Of a stretch of DNA of 64,000 nt, positions 28,066-38,220 are shown in pieces (within the stretch, counting starts at the first letter, position 1; every line of letters starts with the position of its first letter). The notes beneath the pieces were generated by a model. That model saw only the letters and a list, made by a program, of their open reading frames with translations. It had not been told where the DNA came from and did no database searches. Source of the DNA: Steroidobacteraceae bacterium (lineage in GTDB: Bacteria; Pseudomonadota; Gammaproteobacteria; Steroidobacterales; Steroidobacteraceae); assembly GCA_035433705.1 (NCBI GenBank), contig DAORVK010000009.1:8860-72859 (forward strand). Direction: 5' to 3'. Position numbers and translations under genes: made by a program.

Positions 28066-29057
28066 TGCCTCGCTCCTTCCATCACCGGGTCGGGTAACAC
28101 GTTTGCCGTCTCCGGGCCGGCGCGCGTCGTCCGGTTGCGATAGGCGTGAGGTGCCACGCCGAATGTCTTACGGAAGCTCCGCGAGAAGTATTGCGGATCC
28201 GGATAGCCCACGGTGACAGAAATCTGCTTGATCGTCAGCGCAGTCGTATCGAGCAGCCGGCAGGCCTGCTGCAGGCGCATCCGGGTGAAGTACTGCATGG
28301 GTGCGAGACCGGTCCGCCTCTTGAAGGTCCGCGCAAAGTGATAGGGCGACAGGTTGGAGGCTCGCGCGATTTCCTCCAGCCGCAAGGGGTCACAGAGTCG
28401 CTGTGCCATGAGTCCGCGAATCCGGCCGAGATCGATGCGGTTCTTCTTCCCGTTCGTCTTGCGCGACACGAGCACCGGGATACTGGTCAGCAGCACCTTC
28501 AGCAGATTGGCGCCGTTGATGAACCTGTCGACGTTGAAGCTCGCGAGCTGCAAATCGTGCAGCCCGCAGAGTGATTCGAACTGGGCGATCAGCTCGGGGT
28601 GCAGACCCACGGACACCACGTTGTCGGAGAGATCGATGAACTGTGTGTACGCTGCGCTCAGGTTTCCGGAGAACGCCACCCAATAGAAGCTCAGGAGTGT
28701 TTCATCTGACGCCGCCGCAAGCGCGGACGTGCCCGGCGGATTGATCGCAATGTCTCCGGGGGACAGCAGCCGATCGGCGGCGGCGGAGCGCAGTCGCATC
28801 TTTCCGCGGATGCAGTAATACACCACATGACACGGTTGCATGAAGGGGTCGTGTCCTGGATCGCGTGAATAGTGCCCGGCCGCACGAGTATGGAGATCGC
28901 CTCCCAAAGGATGGTCGTGCAGCGTCCGACGCAACTCGGTCGGCAGGATAAAGCGCGAGCACCCGTTCGGTATCGGGTACTGCTGAAGCGGGTAACCGCG
29001 GCTCCCGCCGCCCTCATCTTCGGGCAAGTCGGCATACGTCTGGGCAAGAATGTCCAT
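28062..29057 (-). CDS. AraC-family transcriptional regulator
   Basis: An N-terminal cupin-like domain and a C-terminal double HTH (LEEIARASNLSPYHFARTFKRRTGLAPMQYFTRMRLQQACRLL...VTVGYPDPQYFSRSFRKTFGVAP). Confidence 0.85.
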   Translation of the reverse strand: MDILAQTYADLPEDEGGGSRGYPLQQYPIPNGCSRFILPTELRRTLHDHPLGGDLHTRAAGHYSRDPGHDPFMQPCHVVYYCIRGKMRLRSAAADRLLSPGDIAINPPGTSALAAASDETLLSFYWVAFSGNLSAAYTQFIDLSDNVVSVGLHPELIAQFESLCGLHDLQLASFNVDRFINGANLLKVLLTSIPVLVSRKTNGKKNRIDLGRIRGLMAQRLCDPLRLEEIARASNLSPYHFARTFKRRTGLAPMQYFTRMRLQQACRLLDTTALTIKQISVTVGYPDPQYFSRSFRKTFGVAPHAYRNRTTRAGPETANVLPDPVMEGARQ

Positions 29058-29164
29058 ACAGTGCGCAATCCGTTGGGACTCTGAAAAATCCTGCGCGGGC
29101 TAGCATCGGCGGGCAATTTCAGCTCGCGCTCCGGTGAATCGTGCAACGGGCGGGAAGGCCCCGC

Positions 29165-29183
29165 CTAGTCTGGTCAGACGATG
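29165..29183 (+). promoter_or_regulatory. Recurring 19-nt motif CTAGTCTGGTCAGACGATG (candidate operator)
   Basis: Lies in the AraC/TonB-receptor divergent region, 109 nt upstream of ATG 29292. 18 of 19 identical to the copy at 16562. Confidence 0.55.
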
Positions 29184-29291
29184 CCGCAGGAGAAACCGGC
29201 TCGCCAGCCTCGTCTGTGCCACAGGCATCGATGTGCATCGAGGCATTTTCGGGTGCGGACACACTCGTACAACCTGAAGGGGACATCATCA

Positions 29292-31712
29292 ATGAGTAAT
29301 CCGCGCCATGCCGTTCACGGACTGCGTTTCTCGCTGCTGGCCGTCCCGGCGTTGATGGTGGCTTCGCTGTTGGTGCAGGCGCAGACGGCCGATCAGACCT
29401 CCAGACTCGAAGAGGTCGTGGTGACCGCCCAGAAGCGCGAACAGAACATCCAGGACGTTCCGGTCTCGATCAGCGCGCTGAGCGCCGATACCCTCGCCGC
29501 CAATCGCATCGAAACCGTGAATGATCTCAGCGGCGTCACGCCGAACCTCACCATTCGTCCGGGCGCGGGCGGAGGCCGAAACCCGCAATATTCGATGCGT
29601 GGCATCTACACCTATGGCAGCGGCCTGGGAACAGACAAGGGCGTTTCTCTCTACATTGACGGCGTGTACGTCCAGGCCGCAACGGGCTCGATCTTCGAGT
29701 TCGCGGACATCGAACAGATCGAAGTCCTGCGCGGGCCGCAGGGAACGCTGTTCGGGCGCAACTCTACCGGAGGCGCCGTCAGTATCCGAACGCGCAGGCC
29801 GACCGGCGAGTTCGGGATCCGGCAGGAGCTGACCGCGGGCAACTACAGCCAGTTCCGTTCGAAGACCCGGATCGACTTGCCTCGTGTCGGCCCTCTGAGT
29901 CTGTCGCTTTCGTATCTGCATTCCGGGCGTGATGGGGATACCCGCAATCTGGGGGCCGGAACCGTGTGGAATCACGGGCCGGCGAGCGGCGGCGTCTACG
30001 GTCTCCTCAGATCGCCGGAGCGGCTGGGCGACGAGAAGGTCGACGGCGTCTTCGTCGCCGCAGACTTCGACTTCCATCCGGATATCGACCTGTCCTACAA
30101 GTTCGATCTTTCCGACACGGATTTCACGCCTCCTGCGACAGGGGTCGCCTATCTCGCGACGCCGGCTGCAGCGGCACTCGGCGGGACGCCTCCTTCGAGT
30201 ACTCCGTACATGTTCTACCTCGCAAGCCCAAACGCGATGACGCCCGTCGCGACGAAGCGGCCGGATGCGGTGAACAATTGGTTCAACAGTGACGGCAGTA
30301 CCGAGACCTACGGCCACAACCTGACGGCCACTTGGCAGATAAACGACTGGGCAACGCTCAAGAACATACTCGCCTATCGCAGCATGAGCCTGTACACCAA
30401 TTCCCAGCTCGACGGTCTCGGTGGCCTGATCGTGCCGACTTCCCGAGTGCCATTCCTGTTCGTAGCCAACAATGTCGGACTGTCCGAGAAGCAGTGGAGC
30501 GATGAACTGCAGCTCAACCTGACCCGGGACCGGTTCAATCTCACTGCCGGGGTCATTCACTTCCAGAACGACCAGGAAACCAGTGGCATCGCCGGTGAGT
30601 TCAATTCCCTGCAGGGTGCGGCGATGGTGGGGCAGGGTACGTCCTCGCCGGGTCCCTTCGTGGTGCCTGCGAATACCGGATATGTTCGCCCGCGCGTGAA
30701 GGCGAAGTCCGACGCCTTCTACATCCAGCCGGAGATTCATCTCAACGACCAGTTCGATTTCGTGGTCGGCTATCGAATCACGAAGGACAAGAAGGACGGT
30801 ACGGAGATCGTCCCCGGCTCGGTTCAGCCCTACGCTCCCTCGCTGGGCCGCTCCTCGCCCATCCGCTACGATGACGAGAGGGGCACCTATCTCGTCGGAC
30901 TCAATTACAAGCCGACGGCGAACCTGCTCGCTTACCTCAAGTACGCAACGGGCTACATCTCTGGTGGACAGCTCGCCACGATCGTATTCGCCCCCGAGAC
31001 GGCCAGGTCTTACGAGGCGGGCGTCAAGACCGAACTCCTCGACCATCGACTCCGCAGCAATCTCGCCGTCTATCACGTGGAATATGGCTCGATTCAACAG
31101 ACCGCCCTGGGAGCGCAGACCGGTATCCCGTCGTCGATCCCGTTCGGGCAGGCGATCATTCCGAGCGCCGACGCGACGGCCTATGGATTCGAGTGGGAGA
31201 ACACCCTGGTGCCGATCGATCGGTTGATGCTCGGCGTCAACGTGGGCTACACGCACTTCGAGTTCGACGATGACACGGTGTTCCCGGGCTATCGCATCAC
31301 GCATGGCGTGCCTGGATTCCAGGAGTTCAATCGCCCGGAGTGGACCGGCAGCCTCTTCGCGCAATACAACGGCCCGCGCGTCTTTTCCGACGCTCATCTG
31401 TCGGCTCGGGTCGACGGGCAATTCAGGAGCCGGTATCTGATGACGTCCGATACTTCGCCTGGCTCCGGACTGACCGCGCAGGAGGATCCTCTCTTGCGGG
31501 ACTCGGCGACGGCGCCCGATCAGTGGCTCGTGAATGCGCGGTTCGCCTTGAATGGCCTCAGGATCGGAGGCGCCACAGTGGAACTCTCGCTTTGGGGCAG
31601 GAACGTCTTCGACAACAGGAACATCATCCAGTACGCGGGTCTGGGTTTCGCGGGGGCAGTCATCTACGAGCGGGCGCGCACTTACGGCGTCGATCTGAGC
31701 ATCGAATTCTGA
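29292..31712 (+). CDS. TonB-dependent outer-membrane receptor
   Basis: Signal peptide LLAVPALMVASLLVQAQ, a TonB-box/plug (LEEVVVTAQKREQNIQDVPVSISAL, IEVLRGPQGTLFGRNSTGGAVSI) and a C-terminal beta-barrel ending in F. ATG 29292 is chosen because the signal peptide follows it. Confidence 0.9.
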   Translation: MSNPRHAVHGLRFSLLAVPALMVASLLVQAQTADQTSRLEEVVVTAQKREQNIQDVPVSISALSADTLAANRIETVNDLSGVTPNLTIRPGAGGGRNPQYSMRGIYTYGSGLGTDKGVSLYIDGVYVQAATGSIFEFADIEQIEVLRGPQGTLFGRNSTGGAVSIRTRRPTGEFGIRQELTAGNYSQFRSKTRIDLPRVGPLSLSLSYLHSGRDGDTRNLGAGTVWNHGPASGGVYGLLRSPERLGDEKVDGVFVAADFDFHPDIDLSYKFDLSDTDFTPPATGVAYLATPAAAALGGTPPSSTPYMFYLASPNAMTPVATKRPDAVNNWFNSDGSTETYGHNLTATWQINDWATLKNILAYRSMSLYTNSQLDGLGGLIVPTSRVPFLFVANNVGLSEKQWSDELQLNLTRDRFNLTAGVIHFQNDQETSGIAGEFNSLQGAAMVGQGTSSPGPFVVPANTGYVRPRVKAKSDAFYIQPEIHLNDQFDFVVGYRITKDKKDGTEIVPGSVQPYAPSLGRSSPIRYDDERGTYLVGLNYKPTANLLAYLKYATGYISGGQLATIVFAPETARSYEAGVKTELLDHRLRSNLAVYHVEYGSIQQTALGAQTGIPSSIPFGQAIIPSADATAYGFEWENTLVPIDRLMLGVNVGYTHFEFDDDTVFPGYRITHGVPGFQEFNRPEWTGSLFAQYNGPRVFSDAHLSARVDGQFRSRYLMTSDTSPGSGLTAQEDPLLRDSATAPDQWLVNARFALNGLRIGGATVELSLWGRNVFDNRNIIQYAGLGFAGAVIYERARTYGVDLSIEF

Positions 31713-31756
31713 TCGGCGCCGCGGTTGGCCGCGGTGGCGGCGCGAGAATCGCGATC

Positions 31757-32776
31757 ATGAAGATCTGGGCCACAGCCGACTTCCGCATGCCCTATCGGCA
31801 GGTAGGCGGGTACGCCCGGCGCGCCGAAGCCCTGGGCTTTGACGGCATCAAGGTCGCGGATCAGGTTTCCGACGGCTTCCTGAACGCTGCCGCGGCGCTC
31901 GGCGCTACAAGCCGCATCGCGGTCTGCGCGCCAGCGCTGGTCGCTTTCGCCCGCAGCCCCATGATCGTGGCCATCGCGGCCTGGGATCTGCGCGGTGCCT
32001 TCGGTGAGCGCTTCGAACTCGGTCTCGGTCCCCAGGTTCGCGGCAATATCATCCGCCGCTACAGCGGACACTGGGTTCCGCCCGCGCCGCGCATGCGGGA
32101 GTACGTGAATTCGCTGCGTGTGATCTTCGACTGCTGGCAGAACGGCACGCCGCTGCATTTCGAAGGCCAGCATTACAGCTTCACGCGGATGCAGGAGTTC
32201 ATCAAGCCGCAACCCATCGAACACCCGGACATGCCGATCATCGTGGCCGGAATCGGTCCCCTCATGACCGCCGTGGCAGGCGAGGTGGGCGACGCACTCG
32301 CGACCCACCCGACCAACGTGGCGCCGCGCTTCATCCGCGATCGCGTGCTGCCGAACCTCGCGCGCGGGGCGGCGCGAGCCGGTCGCTCGCTCAGCGACGT
32401 CGAGCTGCGCATCAATTGCCTGTCGGCGACCGGCGTGGACGAGCAGGCGGTCCGGCGGAGTCGCGAGCAGTTGCGGGCAACCATGGCGATGCTGTTCTCG
32501 ACGCCGAGCTATTGGCCCATTCTCGAGTTGTATGGCTGGCAGGATCGCGGGGCGCACCTCAACCGCCTTGTCCGCGAAGGTCGCTGGCAGGATCTACCTC
32601 CCGCGGTGACCGACGAGATGCTCGATGTGCTGATTCCGACTGCGCCCTATGGCGAGATCGCGGATGTTCTGCGTGAGCGCTACGCAGGCCTCGCCGACAA
32701 CGTCTCCTTCGCGCTGCCCGATGATCCTGCGCTGGACGCAGAGGTCGCCCGCGTGATCGAACGGCTGCACGGGTGA
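31757..32776 (+). CDS. LLM-class F420/flavin-dependent oxidoreductase
   Basis: MKIWATADF...AEALGFDGIKVAD...ELGLGPQVRGNIIRRYS...PIIVAGIGPLMTAVAGEVGDAL. The longer ORF from 31340 overlaps the receptor gene. Confidence 0.8.
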   Translation: MKIWATADFRMPYRQVGGYARRAEALGFDGIKVADQVSDGFLNAAAALGATSRIAVCAPALVAFARSPMIVAIAAWDLRGAFGERFELGLGPQVRGNIIRRYSGHWVPPAPRMREYVNSLRVIFDCWQNGTPLHFEGQHYSFTRMQEFIKPQPIEHPDMPIIVAGIGPLMTAVAGEVGDALATHPTNVAPRFIRDRVLPNLARGAARAGRSLSDVELRINCLSATGVDEQAVRRSREQLRATMAMLFSTPSYWPILELYGWQDRGAHLNRLVREGRWQDLPPAVTDEMLDVLIPTAPYGEIADVLRERYAGLADNVSFALPDDPALDAEVARVIERLHG

Positions 32777-32780
32777 CTCG

Positions 32781-35255
32781 ATGACCACCGGGTCGCCGGA
32801 ACGGGCTCCGCTTCGCCACGGCGCGCTCGCGGGCTTGCGAGTCATCGAGCTGGCGCAGGGCATTGCCGGACCGTATTGCGGCAGGATCTTCGCCGACCAC
32901 GGGGCTACCGTCGTCAAGGTGGAGCCGCGCAGCACGGGCGACACGACGCGCAGCTGGGGTCCATTTCCGGGCGACCGACGCGACCTCGAGAAGAGCGGAA
33001 CCTTTTTCTTTCTCAATACGGACAAGCGCAGTATCGCGCTCGATGTGGACGTCGCAGATGACCGGCAGCGGTTGCTCGATCTGCTGCGCGAGGCCGACGT
33101 GCTGATCGACGATTCGAGCCCGCGGCAGTTGCAGGAGCGAGGGCTCGACTACGCCACGCTGGCCCGGCTCAATCCGAAGCTCGTGATGATCTCCTGCACG
33201 CCTTTCGGCCAGACGGGTCCGTACGCGGAGTGGAAAGGCTACGAGCTGAATGCCTACCATCTCTCGGCCACCGGCAGCCGCTACTGCGGGCTCCCTGATC
33301 GCGAACCCCTGGCGACGGGAACCTTTCTCGCGGATTTCTTCGGCGGCTTCACGGCCGCTGCCTGGGGCCTGGCCGCGGTGCTCGGCCGCGAGCAGGTCGG
33401 TGGCGGCCAGCACATCGACTGTGCATCGACGGAGGTTCTGGCGGCGCTCGTCGTCGGCTCCCTGAACGTCGGTGGGTACGTCCAGGATGGCGTTTACCAT
33501 CGCCGAACCGGGCGCGGCATGGGGCTCGCCTGCCCGGCGCGGCTCTACCCTTGCAGAGACGGCTGGGTATTCATCATTGCACTCGAGACCCATCAATGGC
33601 TGGGACTCTGCCGGGCGATGGACAATCCCGAATGGGCCATGCCGGAGTTCCTCCACGAACTGAAGTCCCGCGGCGAGAACCGTGACCTGATCGACCCCAT
33701 GATCGAAGAGTGGACGCTACAGCGCCCCAAGAACGAGATCATGGAGATCTGTCAGGCGCACGGATGTCCCGCGACCGCACTCTATGACATGGGGGATCTC
33801 GCGCGGTTGCCGCATCTGCACGAGCGCAACTACTGGCGGGATCTCGAGCATGCGGCACTCGGCCGCGTGCGCACACCGGGTCCGGCCATTCGGCTGCCAG
33901 ACTGTGCGGGCGGACCGGAGGCGGGTGCACCGCTGCTGGGCGAGCACGGCCCGGAGATCCTCGCGGCGCGCAGGCCGGCGCGCTTGGCCGAGTCCTCTGG
34001 TGCCCTCGGGGAGGCCGTGGGCGCGGCACGGGACGCTGGCCTGCTGCCGCTGAGCGGCATGCGTGTTGCGAACTTCGGTTGGGGCCTGGTGGGTCCCATG
34101 GTAGGACAACTGTTGTCCTTCCTCGGCGCCGAGGTGTACAAGATCGAATCGAGCGCCCAGCTGGATTTTCAGCGCAAGGTGCCTCCCTTCTATCACGGCA
34201 TTCCGCACCCGGACCGCAGCATCCAGAATCATGCCTGCTGGGCGGGAAATCGCAGCATCACCCTGAACCTGAAGCAGCCGGAAGCCCAGGAACTCGCTCT
34301 GCAGCTCGTGACGAAGTGCGACGTGGCGGTCGAAAACTTCAGCCCGGGCGTGATGCAGCGGATGAATCTCGCTTACGAGCGGCTGAAATCGGTGCGTCCG
34401 GGTCTGATCCTGCTGTCGATGCCGGCCGCGGGGCTGTCGGGCCCGTTGCACAAGCTACGGACCTACGGCAACAGCCTGGCGTGTCTCGCCGGTCTCGACT
34501 CCATCACCGGCTATCCGGAGCTCGCGAGGCCGCAGGGCATGGAGACCGCGCCGGCCGACATGCTCGGCGGCGTGGTCGGCGCGTTGGCCGTGATGTTGGC
34601 GGAGCACCATCGGCGGCGTACCGGCAGAGGCCAGCACATCGAGTGCGCGCAGCAGGAGGTGGTCATGCAGCTGATCGGGCCGGCGTTCATGGACTACGTA
34701 CTGAACGGGCGGGTGGCGGGGCCGATCGGCAACCGGCATCCTCTGCGCGCCGCGGCGCCGCATGGCCTCTTCCGCTGCCGCGGCGAGGATCGCTGGCTCG
34801 CAATCGCAGTTGCCACGGACGCGGAATGGCGCAGCCTCGTGAGCGCCCTCGGCAGTCCCGAGTGGGCGCTCGCTCCTGCACTGGCCGACGCCTCCGGACG
34901 GCTGCGCGACATCGACGCGATACATGAGCGGCTGGCCGCATGGGTCAGCGGCGGCGATGACTACGAACTCGCGCGACACCTGCAGCGACACGGCGTCGCT
35001 GCAACGCCGATCCTGGACGTCGCGGATCTCCTGCACGACCCACACTACCGCGCGCGCGGTACGTTCATCGAGGTGATGCATCCGCTCGGGTTCGCGGAAA
35101 CGATCTACGGGTCTTACGTGAAGTGCAGCCGCAGCGAGCCGCGCATCCAGCCGGGACCCGCGCGCGGCTGCGACAATGAGCACGTGTTCCGGGATCTGCT
35201 CGGGCTCTCGGCAGCGCGGTACCGCGAACTGATCGAGCGGGAGGTCATCTACTGA
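32781..35255 (+). CDS. Tandem-fused family III CoA-transferase (two CaiB/BaiF modules in one 824-aa polypeptide)
   Basis: Module 1: LAGLRVIELAQGIAGPYCGRIFADHGATVVKVEP ... LADFFGGFTAAAWGLAAVLG. Module 2: LSGMRVANFGWGLVGPMVGQLLSFLGAEVYKIES ... PADMLGGVVGALAVMLA. Both keep the candidate catalytic Asp. Confidence 0.85.
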   Translation: MTTGSPERAPLRHGALAGLRVIELAQGIAGPYCGRIFADHGATVVKVEPRSTGDTTRSWGPFPGDRRDLEKSGTFFFLNTDKRSIALDVDVADDRQRLLDLLREADVLIDDSSPRQLQERGLDYATLARLNPKLVMISCTPFGQTGPYAEWKGYELNAYHLSATGSRYCGLPDREPLATGTFLADFFGGFTAAAWGLAAVLGREQVGGGQHIDCASTEVLAALVVGSLNVGGYVQDGVYHRRTGRGMGLACPARLYPCRDGWVFIIALETHQWLGLCRAMDNPEWAMPEFLHELKSRGENRDLIDPMIEEWTLQRPKNEIMEICQAHGCPATALYDMGDLARLPHLHERNYWRDLEHAALGRVRTPGPAIRLPDCAGGPEAGAPLLGEHGPEILAARRPARLAESSGALGEAVGAARDAGLLPLSGMRVANFGWGLVGPMVGQLLSFLGAEVYKIESSAQLDFQRKVPPFYHGIPHPDRSIQNHACWAGNRSITLNLKQPEAQELALQLVTKCDVAVENFSPGVMQRMNLAYERLKSVRPGLILLSMPAAGLSGPLHKLRTYGNSLACLAGLDSITGYPELARPQGMETAPADMLGGVVGALAVMLAEHHRRRTGRGQHIECAQQEVVMQLIGPAFMDYVLNGRVAGPIGNRHPLRAAAPHGLFRCRGEDRWLAIAVATDAEWRSLVSALGSPEWALAPALADASGRLRDIDAIHERLAAWVSGGDDYELARHLQRHGVAATPILDVADLLHDPHYRARGTFIEVMHPLGFAETIYGSYVKCSRSEPRIQPGPARGCDNEHVFRDLLGLSAARYRELIEREVIY

Positions 35256-35258
35256 GTC

Positions 35259-36497
35259 ATGCAGGCACTCGTGTTTCACGGATGGTGGATAGTCGGCGTA
35301 GCCATGCTGGCGCAGGCCGTGAGCGTGGGGCTCGCAATCTATTCCTATGGCCTGCTGGTGCTTCCCATCGGCAGCGAACTCGGCGCGAGCCGAATGGAAA
35401 TGATGTGGGGCAAGACCGGTCTCTCGCTGATGACGATCGTGGTGTCGCCCATTCTCGGTGTACTGCTTGACCGTCACTCGACGCGCGCCCTGATGATTCT
35501 CGGCGTCCTGGCCTTGGGATCAGCTTTCGCGTTGATCTCCGTGTCGCGTAGTCCCTGGGAGTTTGCCTTCGCCTTTGCCGTGCTGCCCGCTGTGGCCATG
35601 GCATTCCTCGGCCCTCTCGGTACGAGCGTACTGGTCACGCGATGGTTCGCGGCCCAGCGCGGCCGCGCGTTGAGTCTCGTGGCTCTGGGCAGTTCCATCG
35701 GCGGGTTGCTGATCCCCTATCTTTTCCAGGCGCTGATCGATGCACGTGGTTGGCGCTCAGCCTGTCTGTGGATCGGCATCGCCGCCATCGCTCTCCTGGC
35801 GCCCGCTATCCTCGTGCTGGTGCGCAACCGGCCGGCGGACCTCGCTCTGCATCCGGACGGATCGGCGACGGCAAGCCCCTCCACCGTTCATGCCGCACCG
35901 ACGCCTGTAGAGCATCTGCTCCGCAGCGGCCTGTTCTGGCGGATCGCAATCACCGTGGGCGCAGTGTTCGCCGCGAACGCTGCGCTGCTCGTAAACCTCG
36001 TGCCCTTTGCCCAGGGGCAGGGTATCGCTTCGAAGCAGGCGGCGCTCCTGGTCTCGGTGTTCGCGATCAGCGGCATCGGTGGCAAACTGCTGTTCGGTCT
36101 CATCGCCGATCGCGTCGATCTCAAGACTGCGCTGGTGGCGCTCATGGCCTTGCAGGCTCCACCCATGCTGGCAATGGGCACGACGAGCGCTTATCCGGTC
36201 ATGGCGATCTCTGCTGCCGTTCTCGGGATGGCCTCGGGTGGTCTCATGCCAGGGTGGACTGCACTGCTGGCACGCATCTACGGGCCAATGCACTACGGTC
36301 GGGTCCTGGGCCGCATGCTGCCCATGGCGGGCATCCTGTCGACGCTGATCGTCCCGTTCGTGGGCTATCTGTTCGATCGCAGCGGTGACTATGTCACGGC
36401 CTTCATGTTTCTCGCAGTGCTCGTAATCCTGGCGACCGTGTTCCTGGCTCCGCTGCGCCACGTCGCGCGTTTCGCCAAAGGAGAGGTGGCCAGATGA
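35259..36497 (+). CDS. MFS transporter
   Basis: 412 aa, about 12 hydrophobic segments, and an MFS loop motif G(x)LLDRHSTR. Confidence 0.85.
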   Translation: MQALVFHGWWIVGVAMLAQAVSVGLAIYSYGLLVLPIGSELGASRMEMMWGKTGLSLMTIVVSPILGVLLDRHSTRALMILGVLALGSAFALISVSRSPWEFAFAFAVLPAVAMAFLGPLGTSVLVTRWFAAQRGRALSLVALGSSIGGLLIPYLFQALIDARGWRSACLWIGIAAIALLAPAILVLVRNRPADLALHPDGSATASPSTVHAAPTPVEHLLRSGLFWRIAITVGAVFAANAALLVNLVPFAQGQGIASKQAALLVSVFAISGIGGKLLFGLIADRVDLKTALVALMALQAPPMLAMGTTSAYPVMAISAAVLGMASGGLMPGWTALLARIYGPMHYGRVLGRMLPMAGILSTLIVPFVGYLFDRSGDYVTAFMFLAVLVILATVFLAPLRHVARFAKGEVAR

Positions 36498-37303
36498 AGC
36501 TGGGAATCGAAGGTCGCAGGGCGCTGATCGCCGGATCGAGCAGCGGCATCGGCGCCGGCATTGCCGCGATGCTTGCCGGCGAGGGCGTTGAGGTACTCGT
36601 GCATGGTCGCAACCTCGCGCACGCGGAGGTCGTGGTGGGGGAGATCCGCGCGCAGGGCGGCAAGGCGTCAATATTGACCGGGGCGCTGGACGTGCCAGGG
36701 GAAGTCGAGCGGCTCGCCCGCGATGCGCTCGCCATGGGTCCAATCGACATCCTCATCAACAGCGCCGGTGCGACGAGCTCAGCTCGCGGCTGGTTCGACG
36801 TGCCGATCGAGAGCTGGCAACAGCAGTTTCAGTTCTCGACTCTCTACGCTGTCCAGCTGATCCGCGCGCTGGTCCCCGCGATGCGCGAGCGCGGCTGGGG
36901 GCGCGTGCTCAATATCAGCAGCGGCGCTGCATTCAAGCCCATGGCATTTCATCCCGAGTATTCGGCGGCGAAGCTGGCGCTGCACACACTGGCGTGCTCG
37001 CTGTCGCGCGAGCTCGGTGATTGCGGCGTCACGGTCAATACCCTGATCTCCGGCCTCGTGATGACAGTGAACACCCAGGCGCTGATACGCGGCGCGGCCC
37101 AGGCGCACGGCTTCACCGAGACCGGGGAGGCGCTCGAGCGCCGGGTGCTGCGCGAGGTGTGGCACTCGACGATGCCCTTGGGGCGGGCGGGCAAGGTGGA
37201 AGAGCTGGCCGCTGCGGCCTGCTTCCTGGTATCGCAGCACGCGGCCTACATCACCGGCGCGTCGCTGCGCGTCGACGGTGGAGGCGCCGGCTACGTGACC
37301 TGA
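36494..37303 (+). CDS. Short-chain dehydrogenase/reductase (SDR)
   Basis: ALIAGSSSGIGAGIA (TGxxxGxG-like), NSAG, and the YSAAK catalytic motif. ATGA overlap with the MFS gene. Confidence 0.9.
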   Translation: MKLGIEGRRALIAGSSSGIGAGIAAMLAGEGVEVLVHGRNLAHAEVVVGEIRAQGGKASILTGALDVPGEVERLARDALAMGPIDILINSAGATSSARGWFDVPIESWQQQFQFSTLYAVQLIRALVPAMRERGWGRVLNISSGAAFKPMAFHPEYSAAKLALHTLACSLSRELGDCGVTVNTLISGLVMTVNTQALIRGAAQAHGFTETGEALERRVLREVWHSTMPLGRAGKVEELAAAACFLVSQHAAYITGASLRVDGGGAGYVT

Positions 37304-37336
37304 TGGCGGCGCCAACGGGCTGCTGCTGTCAGCCAA

Positions 37337-37774
37337 TCAGGGTCGAGTCGTCTGCCCCACGAAGAGATGGGCCCGCGCGACCGCAACAGGCGCGCTCTCG
37401 TCGCTCTGCCAGCAACCGACGCTGACCGCCGCCACCCGTCGACCGATGCGCTGGAAGCTGCAGCGCGCATGGAGGTCCTTCGGTCCGGCATGGCTCAGGT
37501 AGTCGATCGAGAAATCGATGAATCGGGGCGGGCGCTGCTCGCCGAGCTGAGCGAACGCGGCGACGAGCGCCGTGATCTGCATGAAGCTGCCGATGACTCC
37601 GCCATGGATGGCCGGCAGGCGCATGTTGCCGATCAGGCGCTGCTGGAATGGAAGTCGCAGCATGATGCCGCGATCGTCCGTGCACTGCTCGAGGCAGGCA
37701 CCGATCTGCTGCGCATACGGCATGCGGGAGAGGGCCCGCGCAGCGCGCTCCGCGATCGCGGATGGGCCGCTCAC
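37337..37774 (-). CDS. PaaI-family hot-dog thioesterase (second of a pair)
   Basis: MPYAQQIGACLE...NMRLPAIHGGVIGSFMQITAL...IDYLSHAG. GTG 37774 forms a GTGA overlap with the upstream thioesterase stop; the first ATG is at 37723. Confidence 0.65.
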   Translation of the reverse strand: MSGPSAIAERAARALSRMPYAQQIGACLEQCTDDRGIMLRLPFQQRLIGNMRLPAIHGGVIGSFMQITALVAAFAQLGEQRPPRFIDFSIDYLSHAGPKDLHARCSFQRIGRRVAAVSVGCWQSDESAPVAVARAHLFVGQTTRP

Positions 37775-38220
37775 GGGCGGGCGCCGCCTGGCGAGTGGGA
37801 AGTTCGCATGAAGGCCCCGTTTGCGCTCGCCACCGGCCGCTCGTGCCGTCCCGAGTGCAATTCGCACCGGACGAAGATGACTGAACGGGTCACTCGATAG
37901 CACGCGGCTTCGGCCACCAGATCGTGTTTCAGGGGAGCCGGCGCAAGGTAATCGATGCGCAGATCCAGCGTGGACATGGGTTCGGGGCGCTCGAGACTGC
38001 GACCGGCAGCAAGCCCGCAAGCAGTGTCGGCGAGGCTAAACAGGACGCCGGGAAAGAAGAATCGCTCGTCCGGATCTGCAGCCAGCATCGGTTGAGCGAC
38101 AATGCGCATGCGGATCTTTCCCGGGGGCGAAGCAAGGTCGACTTTCATGCCGACGTCGATCGTGTGAGGCATGTGCTGCTCGATGATGCGAGCGAGATTT
38201 TCAAGTGAGAGCTGACTCAT
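37771..38220 (-). CDS. PaaI-family hot-dog thioesterase (first of a pair)
   Basis: MPHTIDVGMKV...FFFPGVLFSLADTACGLAA...LRIDYLAPA, which follows the PaaI/4HBT-like pattern. Confidence 0.75.
   Translation of the reverse strand: MSQLSLENLARIIEQHMPHTIDVGMKVDLASPPGKIRMRIVAQPMLAADPDERFFFPGVLFSLADTACGLAAGRSLERPEPMSTLDLRIDYLAPAPLKHDLVAEAACYRVTRSVIFVRCELHSGRHERPVASANGAFMRTSHSPGGARP

Noticed and set aside
29181-29291. Upstream ATG at 29181 as the start of the TonB receptor
   Set aside because: That ATG is the last three bases of the recurring 19-nt motif. The 37 extra residues are Arg/His-rich with no signal peptide, whereas ATG 29292 is followed directly by a signal peptide.
29058-29291. Possible cobalamin or other riboswitch in the long leader of the TonB receptor
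   Set aside because: I found no B12-box or other conserved riboswitch core. There is only a short hairpin (GCCTCG...CGAGGC) followed by ATTTTC, which is insufficient.
29289-31421. 710-aa minus-strand ORF antisense to the TonB-dependent receptor
   Set aside because: Low-complexity Arg/Gly/Asp-rich translation. The plus strand encodes a complete receptor with signal peptide, plug and barrel.
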